37,702 bases of DNA. Source: a virus. The stretch lies in IMG/VR virus record IMGVR_UViG_3300012931_000011, positions 1 to 37,702 of that record; one strand, written 5' to 3'. Positions within the stretch are counted from its first letter, which is position 1; each line of letters begins with the position of its first letter. The notes beneath the pieces were generated by a model that saw nothing but the letters and a program-made list of their open reading frames with translations, was not told the DNA's origin and made no database searches. Of this stretch, positions 9,403-16,098 are shown piece after piece. Both the position numbers and the translations under genes were made by a program.

Positions 9403-9786
9403 TTAAGGATACGGCAATACGTTCTGTGTAGCCATAGTTAACATAGAAGAAACTTCGCCGACTGGTATAACTTGAGCAGGAGTCCCATAAGAACCAGGAC
9501 GGAATGAAGGGGTGTTGTAAGGATCAAAATAAGTTGTATCAATCGGCAAAGTAAATTGTGTACTAGAGATAACAGTTATAGGACCGCCTAAGCCGTTAGC
9601 TTGCATCATACCAAACCCATTAGGAATATATAATTGTACAATAAGCCCTGTCAAATAATTATGATCTGCTGGGGTAAGACCATCATAAGTAGTAGTTACC
9701 ACCATAGCAAGACTATTTGTTATAGACAGAATATTACGCATCGCAGGCTGAAATGTTGGATAAGGTGCTGCATAAAATTGAGCCAC
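9403..9786 (-). CDS. Hypothetical structural protein sharing the TPAQV(I/V)PVGE motif with 10319..11323
   Basis: GTG start preceded by aaAAGGAGAGGcc. YGTPAQVIPVGEVSS compares with FTPAQVVPVGENTA in the 334-aa protein. Confidence 0.6.
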   Translation of the reverse strand: MAQFYAAPYPTFQPAMRNILSITNSLAMVVTTTYDGLTPADHNYLTGLIVQLYIPNGFGMMQANGLGGPITVISSTQFTLPIDTTYFDPYNTPSFRPGSYGTPAQVIPVGEVSSMLTMATQNVLPYP

Positions 9787-9797
9787 GGCCTCTCCTT

Positions 9798-10274
9798 TTA
9801 AAGCGTTGACGTTACTTCAACAATATCAACAGGCGTCATCTCATCATCATCCATATATTCTAAACTATGGAATGCAAATCTATGAATCTTTTTCGCAACT
9901 TGCATGTTTCTTGTCTTCAAACGACCATCAGCATTGTTTGCAGCTTGTATTTCTTTTCCATATTCTTCTGGAAGTTGCTGATATTCTAAATAAAAACAAT
10001 TATTATTAAGATGCCTTGCTACACCATGTGGAATAGTATATCGTTCACCATCAAAAAATTCATAATTGATAAGATCATCGCCTTTATATGCTTTATAACT
10101 AAAAGCAACGCCACCAAGACAGCCATTACCAGAAGGATGTTCCAAATTCTTAAAGATCCCTGTGACCATTTCAGCGTCACGTTCTCTTCTTTTGGCAACT
10201 ATCTTATCAGCTTCTGCTTTACTTATTTTAGGCGCTTTTTTAGCTGTAATTCTTGATATTTCTGGACTCTTCAT
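9798..10274 (-). CDS. Hypothetical structural protein (158 aa, basic N-terminus)
   Basis: SD ttAGGAGAGagatATG directly after a GC hairpin. Confidence 0.6.
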   Translation of the reverse strand: MKSPEISRITAKKAPKISKAEADKIVAKRRERDAEMVTGIFKNLEHPSGNGCLGGVAFSYKAYKGDDLINYEFFDGERYTIPHGVARHLNNNCFYLEYQQLPEEYGKEIQAANNADGRLKTRNMQVAKKIHRFAFHSLEYMDDDEMTPVDIVEVTSTL

Positions 10275-10284
10275 ATCTCTCTCC

Positions 10285-10305
10285 TAAAAGGGGGCAAAGG
10301 CCCCC
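10285..10305 (-). terminator. GC-rich hairpin GGGGGC-cuuu-GCCCCC followed by UUUU (attenuator/terminator after the capsid gene pair)
   Basis: Read on the minus strand between 10319..11323 and 9798..10274. Confidence 0.5.
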
Positions 10306-10318
10306 TATATCTATCTTT

Positions 10319-11323
10319 TTACGAATTAAATGATTTACCAGCTACCCAGTAAATGACATCGCTAGCAGAACCAGCAGGACTTAAAGTACCAGCCATTAAT
10401 TGCATTCCAACGATACCGGTATTAACGGTAGCATCAGAAAGCAGGTTGGTATTATAGGTCAAAGCTGTTGCTGTATTCTCACCAACTGGAACCACTTGCG
10501 CAGGGGTAAATGGTGTATTAGTTGTGAGAGGGAACGCGAATGCAGACATTCCGGTAGTATCAATATTTACGGTAATGGTATTTGTTGCACCATTTGCATC
10601 AGCTTGGTTAACAGCAATAATAGTAGCTTCAACTTCATTTAATGCAGTCATACCATATGCAAGTGAAGTTACGGTAGGGATAATAAATCTTATCTTTTGT
10701 CCTACGGTAAAACTATGAGTTACTGATAAGGTAACAATTGCATTAGTAGCTTGAGAAATCTTAGTAATATAACGATTACGTGGATAATAATAAGGGTTAT
10801 AAGGAATACGTCTCCAATAACCAGCTCCTGGAGTTGCAGCAGCAATAGCAGCCATATTCGCTAATGTAAACGAAGTATTAGCTACAATAGTACCAATGGT
10901 AAAATCGATACCGCCAAGCTGTAAAGCACCAGCAGGATTATAAAGACGTACAATATCACCAGTATTAAGACCAGCAGTCGAACCTGTAGTTACGACTGGA
11001 GGAACTGCACCAGAAATACCAGTAGTAGCAACAGCAGCTGAAGGAACGTTTACGGTAGTATCAACAAGATAGAACCCGCTCTGTGCAGCTATCTGTCCTA
11101 CTGTCAAAGCATTAGTAGATGAAGTCTTAGTATAAATAGTACCTTGACCTTGCGTCATACCACGTTGCCAGTAGAATTCTACGCCAGTATTAGCGCCTGA
11201 TGCATATGATGTCGTTAAATTATAGACACGCATCCAATCTACACTAGAAGGCAAATTGATAATCTCTGGAGAACCAGTAGAAGTGAAATAACCTTGGTTA
11301 GTTCCTGAAAAAACAACAGACAT
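10319..11323 (-). CDS. Abundant-type virion protein immediately after the capsid gene (possible decoration or second major structural protein)
   Basis: SD gtAAGGAGatactATG abutting the capsid stop. Followed by a hairpin terminator. Has internal repeated G..(V/I)R(L/F)..P modules. Confidence 0.65.
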   Translation of the reverse strand: MSVVFSGTNQGYFTSTGSPEIINLPSSVDWMRVYNLTTSYASGANTGVEFYWQRGMTQGQGTIYTKTSSTNALTVGQIAAQSGFYLVDTTVNVPSAAVATTGISGAVPPVVTTGSTAGLNTGDIVRLYNPAGALQLGGIDFTIGTIVANTSFTLANMAAIAAATPGAGYWRRIPYNPYYYPRNRYITKISQATNAIVTLSVTHSFTVGQKIRFIIPTVTSLAYGMTALNEVEATIIAVNQADANGATNTITVNIDTTGMSAFAFPLTTNTPFTPAQVVPVGENTATALTYNTNLLSDATVNTGIVGMQLMAGTLSPAGSASDVIYWVAGKSFNS

Positions 11324-11332
11324 AGTATCTCC

Positions 11333-11968
11333 TTACGATAGGGTTGCCCTGAGATTGGTGATCCATAAATCATTCAATATTCGAGGGACCTCTGCGAATA
11401 CATATCCTAAGGTAACGTTTTGGAACAATGGGTCACTGTACACAGCAGGACGATAGAGGAACCGTGCTGAATAATTGTCCTGTTCAACGCACGCCAATGA
11501 TTCCATCCCCTGAACAATGATTGAATAGACATCATTGCCAAGTGCAGATGCGTTTGGCGTGATTGCGCCTTGTGAAGACAGCATGAAACGGCAGTTATTG
11601 ACCGATCCCCACTCTGATCTCAAGACATTGTTTTCAGATGGATAATTCCATTTTGAAACAAAACCATTTATATTATTCAATTCTTTTGATAATCTTGTGT
11701 GCCCTAATGCCAAATAGGAATCCCTTACTGGGCCTGTGCCGAAGCGGTCCTCGCCTTCAATATTATCCAATATCATGAATGCATCGTTTGTAAGCAATGC
11801 AGATGTAACTTCATCAATGTCAGATAAAGATAAATTTGTTGGCGTATCGCCGTTTACTCCGCCAACACAGTTAACCATACCAGCTGTTGCTGTGAGCATA
11901 TCACGAGTGAGCTGATCTTCTGTCATACGCAATGATAGCCCTAAAAGTTCGGCTGTTTCATTGAGAAC
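11333..11968 (-). CDS. Capsid exon 4 (C-terminal 211 aa)
   Basis: In frame with ORF 11333..11971. The apparent ATG at 11969-11971 is the intron 3 terminus ...AGAAUG. Confidence 0.75.
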   Translation of the reverse strand, partial: VLNETAELLGLSLRMTEDQLTRDMLTATAGMVNCVGGVNGDTPTNLSLSDIDEVTSALLTNDAFMILDNIEGEDRFGTGPVRDSYLALGHTRLSKELNNINGFVSKWNYPSENNVLRSEWGSVNNCRFMLSSQGAITPNASALGNDVYSIIVQGMESLACVEQDNYSARFLYRPAVYSDPLFQNVTLGYVFAEVPRILNDLWITNLRATLS

Positions 11969-14364
11969 CATTCTGTTACTTTATGACCTATCTCTAGGCG
12001 GGGAAACTTCTTCGAATCTCCCTCACTACCTTATCGTGTAGTGTTCAGACTATCGCATACCATTTCTGGTTCTTTTCGTTTAGTCGTTCAGCCTGGACTA
12101 GCAATTCTGCTTCGTGTATAATTATATAGTATAATTGTTTAAATTTAATGAGGATTTCATGGGAAAAACACGAAGACAATATTATAAAAGATCTAAAGAT
12201 TATATTCCGCAACAATACAAATCTACTGATTTGGCTTATATGGCAGGAATTGTTGATGGAGAAGGATGTTTTTATATTGGCAAAGTTCCCAAAAAAGCTG
12301 GAGATGGATATGTTTCCGAACATTATCGAGGTCTTTTGAAAATTGATAATACCAATCAAAGATTGATAAATTGGATTGATAATGTTTTTAGCGGTACTGC
12401 ATCTGCTCGCTGCAGAACAACTTCCAGCAAAAAATTTGAGCGCGATATTTTTACATGGAATTCTACTGGAGATCGACTGCTTGATATATGCGAACAGCTG
12501 TTGCCATACCTTGTTATAAAAAAAGAACAATGCGAAATCATGATTAAGTTTAGAAAAACATACAATGCATCGCTGGGAAGTCATGTGCTTCCTATGGGCG
12601 CACTTGAATCTAGACAGCAGTGTTTGGAAGAAATTCGTAAACTTAATTCGCGATGGCATTTACATCCTTTGAAAAATATTTAAATCCTAGTCCTTGGCCC
12701 TTGTTACCGGTTAGCTAATTGCTACTTCGGACTTCAAGTCAATTAGAAAAGATTTATAGACCCCATACTTTTTAGGGTCTTGGTTCTGTAGTGTACATTA
12801 TTCTGTTACTTTTATGACCTATTTCTAGGCGGGGACTTTCTCTACTTATCCCTCTCTAAGTTATCCCTAGAGTTCAGAGCACCGCATCCATGGGATCATT
12901 ATTATCTACATAAGGTATGTCAATTCCGCCGTTAGCCATTTTCTCTTTAATTTTTTTCGAACAAATATCGCAAAATTTTATAACAGTTTCTTGCTTACTG
13001 GATCTTGCAAATATAACTTTTAAAAGACATTTACTACATAGATAATTTTTTTTATTTCCCATAGTCTTCTCGCTTGCTACGTTCAGGCTGATTAGGAAAT
13101 GGGAAATCATCTTCATAAATCCAATGGGTTATTTCTTTTTCTATACCCCAATATTCGTCAATATTTACAAATAAATTAGATTTATTAGAGAATTTGTCTA
13201 CTCTGTAATCACCATGAAATAACTCATTGCTTTGTGAACAAAGAATTAATGGTTTGCTGATTTCAGGCATAACACTTTTTATATTATTCCATTTCATAAT
13301 CTTGCCCCTTGTCGCCGGTTAGTTGAATACCACTTCGGTTTCCAAGTCTATCAGAGAAGATTTAAAGCAGGCTACAATATTATTTTTAACCTGCTGGTTG
13401 ATAGCAACATACAATCCATAAAATGACATTGTTGCATCGATATCAACACGTGTTAAAGGTGTGGCTGGTGGTGTTGCCCCAGAAGGACCAAGAGGTACTG
13501 GTGCTGTAGGCAATCTATCATACCTAGCCATACGCAATGTACGACCACCTTTAGAAGGTAATCTTTTAGAGATAGCTCCGAGCTTGTAAATCAAATTAGG
13601 TGTTCTTACCGATAGTAAGATATCATCCATAGTTTGCTGGACCATTCTATTACTTTATGACCTGTTGCCAGGCGGGTAGTCATTTCTGCTACCTCTTATA
13701 GTTTCCTATAAGATTGGATCATCGCATACCTTCTCAGGTCCTCGAGGCTTGATCTCTGCGCCTACTTTATTAGCATTAAGCTCTCGCATCTTTTGATACG
13801 CTTGCTCACGATAATTTAACTCGTTTTCAGTTAACCTAATATGCCTTTGGCCAATATCTTTATAATTACCTTTTTCACAAAATTCCAACAAATGTAATGC
13901 TCTTTCTTTTTTATTGTGTAAATAGGGCAATATCCCATGCAAAAAAGTTAAAAGATCTTTTTTATTTGTTATACGCCATTCATATAAAGGTAAACTATTA
14001 GGTCTAGATTTACGAGTGCCACTGATTATTATGCTGCCCAATCCGGTTTCTTTTTTGATGTAATTGATAGAACCATTATTAATCATAGTTATCTTTACGC
14101 ACGGTAAATAATCATATCTATATTTTCTAAAATATTTACCAATCATAAAACATCCGTCAGAATCCATAATTGCTGCCGCATAAATCCAATGCGTTTGGCT
14201 CTGGTTATCTTGCATATCATATCCTTTATTATATTCAACACTTCCTGTGCGAGTATAGCAGAACGAACGTGATATGTTTAGACTTTCCATGTAATCACTC
14301 AAGGTTTAACGCGCCCTATCTCTCAAAAAGGCGCCGGGAGCGTAGTTGTAGTAGTTATTGGCAT
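11333..14364 (-). CDS. Major capsid protein (HK97-fold, N4-gp56-like family by recall), four exons: 14364-14329, 13642-13389, 12795-12774, 11968-11333
   Basis: Exon lengths sum to 36+254+22+636 = 948 nt, giving 315 aa plus stop with no frame break. Spliced product: MPITTTTTLPAP|VQQTMDD...YVAINQQV|TLQNQDP|VLNETAELLG...SDPLFQNVTLGYVFAEVPRILNDLW.... SD aAAGGAGtttagttATG at 14364. Confidence 0.8.
11969..12773 (-). mobile_element. Group I-like intron 3 (805 nt) of the capsid gene
   Basis: P1: exon AGACCCU pairs with intron GGGGUCU, with a G.U at the splice site. 3' end GGUCAUAAAGUAACAGAAUG. Candidate P7: GACUA (12085-12081, inside CUGAACGACUAAA, R-like) with UAGUC (12052-12048, inside GCGAUAGUC, S-like). 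A 7-bp stem (12095-12101 / 12687-12693) encloses the endonuclease gene. Confidence 0.75.
12159..12683 (+). CDS. LAGLIDADG homing endonuclease (single-motif, 174 aa), antisense to its host intron
   Basis: Motif LAYMAGIVDGEGCFYIG. SD aatGAGGAtttcATG. Two TATAAT boxes upstream at about 12115-12133. The overlapping minus-strand ORF 12045..12659 is low-complexity shadow. Confidence 0.85.
   Translation: MGKTRRQYYKRSKDYIPQQYKSTDLAYMAGIVDGEGCFYIGKVPKKAGDGYVSEHYRGLLKIDNTNQRLINWIDNVFSGTASARCRTTSSKKFERDIFTWNSTGDRLLDICEQLLPYLVIKKEQCEIMIKFRKTYNASLGSHVLPMGALESRQQCLEEIRKLNSRWHLHPLKNI
12774..12795 (-). CDS. Capsid exon 3: 22-nt micro-exon u|aca cua cag aac caa gac ccu, encoding (V)TLQNQDP
   Basis: Bounded by the intron 2 terminal G (12796) and the intron 3 5' splice-site U (12774). 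Needed to keep exons 2 and 4 in frame. Confidence 0.7.
12874..13062 (-). CDS. Small CxxC...CxxC zinc-ribbon-like ORF inside intron 2
   Basis: MGNKKNYLCSKC...KFCDICSKK. Start chosen at the internal ATG 13062. Its C-terminal codons overlap the conserved 3' block of the intron. Confidence 0.35.
   Translation of the reverse strand: MGNKKNYLCSKCLLKVIFARSSKQETVIKFCDICSKKIKEKMANGGIDIPYVDNNDPMDAVL
13052..13297 (-). CDS. DUF551-like small ORF inside intron 2
   Basis: MKWNNIKSVMPE...ITHWIYEDDFPFPNQPE resembles, by recall, the DUF551 pattern (W..v.d.lPe ... THWmplPepP). ATG directly follows the conserved 5' block of the intron. Confidence 0.45.
   Translation of the reverse strand: MKWNNIKSVMPEISKPLILCSQSNELFHGDYRVDKFSNKSNLFVNIDEYWGIEKEITHWIYEDDFPFPNQPERSKREDYGK
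13389..13642 (-). CDS. Capsid exon 2 (84 codons + 2 nt)
   Basis: Part of ORF 13319..13645. The ORF's leading ATG is the intron 1 terminus ...AGAAUG, and its tail ...KNNIVACFKSSLIDLETEVVFN is read-through into intron 2. Confidence 0.75.
13643..14328 (-). mobile_element. Group I-like intron 1 (686 nt) of the capsid gene
   Basis: P1: exon GCGCCU pairs with intron GGGCGC, with a G.U at the splice site. 3' end GGUCAUAAAGUAAUAGAAUG. Candidate P7: GAUCA (13754-13750) with UGAUC (13721-13717). The 3' block is homologous to introns 2 and 3. Confidence 0.7.
13706..14215 (-). CDS. LAGLIDADG homing endonuclease (single-motif, 169 aa), sense orientation in intron 1
   Basis: Motif WIYAAAIMDSDGCFMIGKY. 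ATG at 14215 preceded by aAAGGAtatgat. The C-terminal codons overlap the candidate ribozyme core. Confidence 0.8.
   Translation of the reverse strand: MQDNQSQTHWIYAAAIMDSDGCFMIGKYFRKYRYDYLPCVKITMINNGSINYIKKETGLGSIIISGTRKSRPNSLPLYEWRITNKKDLLTFLHGILPYLHNKKERALHLLEFCEKGNYKDIGQRHIRLTENELNYREQAYQKMRELNANKVGAEIKPRGPEKVCDDPIL
14329..14364 (-). CDS. Capsid exon 1 (MPITTTTTLPAP)
   Basis: Strong SD and ATG. The frame hits a stop 2 codons after the proposed splice site. Confidence 0.7.
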
Positions 14365-14416
14365 AACTAAACTCCTTTAATAAAACAAACATTACTACGA
14401 AAATGGATTTTGAGCC

Positions 14417-14513
14417 GGACGAAGCTCGATACGTCCTAGCACGGCGAACACCTATACGCCGTTAGAGTATCAGACTCATGGCTGTCGGCACGGCGAACAC
14501 CTATACGCCGTTA
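14417..14513 (-). promoter_or_regulatory. Capsid mRNA leader with three stem-loops, two of them identical 26-nt copies (14439-14464 and 14488-14513)
   Basis: Minus-sense ACGGCG-uauagguguu-CGCCGU occurs twice, and GGACG-uaucgagcuu-CGUCC once (14417-14436). All three have 10-nt loops of the form UAUnGnnnUU. Confidence 0.6.
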
Positions 14514-14518
14514 TTAAT

Positions 14519-14548
14519 AATATAAAAAAAGTTCCTTTAAGAATGCAA
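14519..14548 (-). promoter_or_regulatory. Candidate promoter for the capsid gene (TTGCAT-17 nt-TTATAT)
   Basis: Read on the minus strand. Same -35 hexamer as the RHH promoter. The predicted start falls at the first leader hairpin. Confidence 0.4.
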
Positions 14549-14578
14549 TAAGAAACATAGCCCAGTTAAGGGCTATGT
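14546..14578 (-). terminator. Hairpin ACAUAGCCC-uuaacu-GGGCUAUGU followed by UUCUUAUU, after the scaffold gene
   Basis: Read on the minus strand downstream of the stop at 14610. Confidence 0.45.
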
Positions 14579-14609
14579 AAGACAGAACGATAACGAGAGA
14601 AACGACAAA

Positions 14610-15311
14610 CTATCTGTATTTTTTATTTTCAGCTACTTGGCGCATAATTTCTTTTCTACGCTCTGGCGTTAATATCCTTCGGTCAAAATCATCAACACGA
14701 GATAAAGGAGTATCTGCTGTTTGTGAGTTCATACTTGATGATGTTTTTGGCTTACTTTTATTTTCTTCTATGCGCTTATCAATAGCATTATACGTATCTT
14801 TTTCTTTCATGTTCTTTAAAATCTCATAAGCAGCATAACCACGATCATAAATATCAGGATTAGCCATAATAGTTCTATAAAGAACAGGATTATTTTCAGC
14901 AAGATTCTTAATATTATCTTTATTAACAACATTATCAAAATCAGAGAATTGGCTCTTTAATTTGACTTCAGCCGTAGTTAACATAGCTTGCTGTTGAGTA
15001 TCTGATACTTGTTTTCTTGTTTCTTTCAGTTCTTTTTTGAGCGTCTTAATGTATTTCTTGAGATGTTTCCCTTCAATGAAATCATCATCTTTAACATCAA
15101 GATCGTCATCCTCTTCTTGTTCTACTTCTCTTGAATTAGTTGAGCGTAATTCGCTCATGTTTCTTTCAAGCTCTTGTAACCTTCGTTCTGCTTCTTCTGC
15201 TCGTTCTCGCAATTTCCTGTTATTTTCTAATACTTCAGGCTTAGGTTGTTCTTGTACTGGTTTTTGTTCTTCAACAGTCTCCACTGCATTTTGTTCTAGT
15301 TCTTCGTTCAT
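14610..15311 (-). CDS. Scaffolding protein (acidic coiled-coil)
   Basis: E/K/D-rich, helical-looking 233 aa. Immediately upstream of the capsid gene. ATGA overlap with the preceding gene. Confidence 0.65.
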   Translation of the reverse strand: MNEELEQNAVETVEEQKPVQEQPKPEVLENNRKLRERAEEAERRLQELERNMSELRSTNSREVEQEEDDDLDVKDDDFIEGKHLKKYIKTLKKELKETRKQVSDTQQQAMLTTAEVKLKSQFSDFDNVVNKDNIKNLAENNPVLYRTIMANPDIYDRGYAAYEILKNMKEKDTYNAIDKRIEENKSKPKTSSSMNSQTADTPLSRVDDFDRRILTPERRKEIMRQVAENKKYR

Positions 15312-15811
15312 ACGCTCTCCTTATTTATTCGTATAACAGCATCTTTCTTCTCACCATTCTCTTTTTTTACCCATTCAAGCAGCTCGCCAGATCTTTCTAA
15401 AAGAACAAATTTAGCTAATTCGCTTGTTTCTTTATCTACAAGATATTTGTCCGGATGAGATTGGATATAGTTGCATAAAATAGCACTAGGTAAAGACCAT
15501 AAAAACTCAAAAGTGTCACTTACATGGTGAAATTTCCAAACAGATTGCATCGTAGCAGGCGTAGGACATGATCTCCTTGCAAAACACCGGAAATTAGGAA
15601 CTCCTGCTAGACTCTCCATAGTGATACGCAACTCAACATAAAAATCTTTGTTCTTATATAAAGTGTCTTTTTTAGCTTCACGTGCTGCTTTATATATGTT
15701 CTCTATAATCGCAGGCTCCATTTGCTTACGATATTCTATGACATCATCTTCCATGTCTAATTTGAGATTGTCATGCTCGATAAGCCGTTGCCCGAATGTC
15801 TTTTTTTCCAT
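15308..15811 (-). CDS. Hypothetical head-module protein (167 aa)
   Basis: Long ORF translationally coupled (ATGA) to the scaffold gene. Confidence 0.6.
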   Translation of the reverse strand: MEKKTFGQRLIEHDNLKLDMEDDVIEYRKQMEPAIIENIYKAAREAKKDTLYKNKDFYVELRITMESLAGVPNFRCFARRSCPTPATMQSVWKFHHVSDTFEFLWSLPSAILCNYIQSHPDKYLVDKETSELAKFVLLERSGELLEWVKKENGEKKDAVIRINKESV

Positions 15812-15827
15812 CTTGATCTCTAGATAA

Positions 15828-15843
15828 GGCCCCTGGCGGGGCC
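15828..15843 (-). promoter_or_regulatory. GC-only intercistronic hairpin GGCCCC-gcca-GGGGCC
   Basis: Read directly between 15847..16098 and 15308..15811. Confidence 0.5.
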
Positions 15844-15846
15844 ATG

Positions 15847-16098
15847 TTATTTACGCTTTTTAGATTTGCGTGCTTCACTAAGTGCTATAGCTACTGCTTG
15901 CTTGCGACTCTTCACTTTAGGTCCTTTTTTAGAACCACTGTGGAGCTTGCCCTCTTCATACTCTTCCATAACTTTAGGGATCTTACGGCTCTTAGATTGT
16001 TTTTTACTTAGCTTCTCTAATTTACGTTTTATAGCACGATGTTCTGGTTCAGCTGCTTCTTGCTGCCAGAATTTAGCTGGTATCTTATCTTTCTTCAT
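15847..16098 (-). CDS. Small lysine-rich basic protein
   Basis: 83 aa. ...GKLHSGSKKGPKVKSRKQAVAIALSEARKSKKRK resembles a widespread small basic protein family, by recall. Confidence 0.55.
   Translation of the reverse strand: MKKDKIPAKFWQQEAAEPEHRAIKRKLEKLSKKQSKSRKIPKVMEEYEEGKLHSGSKKGPKVKSRKQAVAIALSEARKSKKRK

Larger units (their letters stand above)
12796..13388 (-). mobile_element. Group I-like intron 2 (593 nt) of the capsid gene
   Basis: P1: exon AGCAGGU pairs with intron GCCUGCU, with a G.U at the splice site. A possible 4-bp P10 pairs UGUA (just 5' of the guide) with exon 3 UACA. 3' end GGUCAUAAAAGUAACAGAAUAAUG. The 5' approx 70 nt and 3' approx 60 nt are homologous to intron 3. I could not identify P7. 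Confidence 0.65.

Noticed and set aside
12045-12659. 204-aa minus-strand ORF (plus 12356..12565 and 12148..12339) inside intron 3
   Set aside because: These are shadow frames of the plus-strand LAGLIDADG gene. They are Phe/Ile/Ser-rich junk with no motif.
11333-14364. Inteins or free-standing homing endonucleases as the cause of the split capsid gene (prompted by the LAGLIDADG ORFs)
   Set aside because: The inserts are not in frame with the exons and contain stops. One endonuclease gene is on the opposite strand. The boundaries show P1 guide pairing with G.U and a terminal G rather than Cys/Ser...HN intein junctions. There are no group II hallmarks (GUGYG start, reverse transcriptase) either.
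14439-14513. The two identical 26-nt repeats as a mini CRISPR array
   Set aside because: There are only two copies, each is itself a hairpin, there are no cas genes, and they sit in the capsid 5' leader. A regulatory RNA structure is the better reading.
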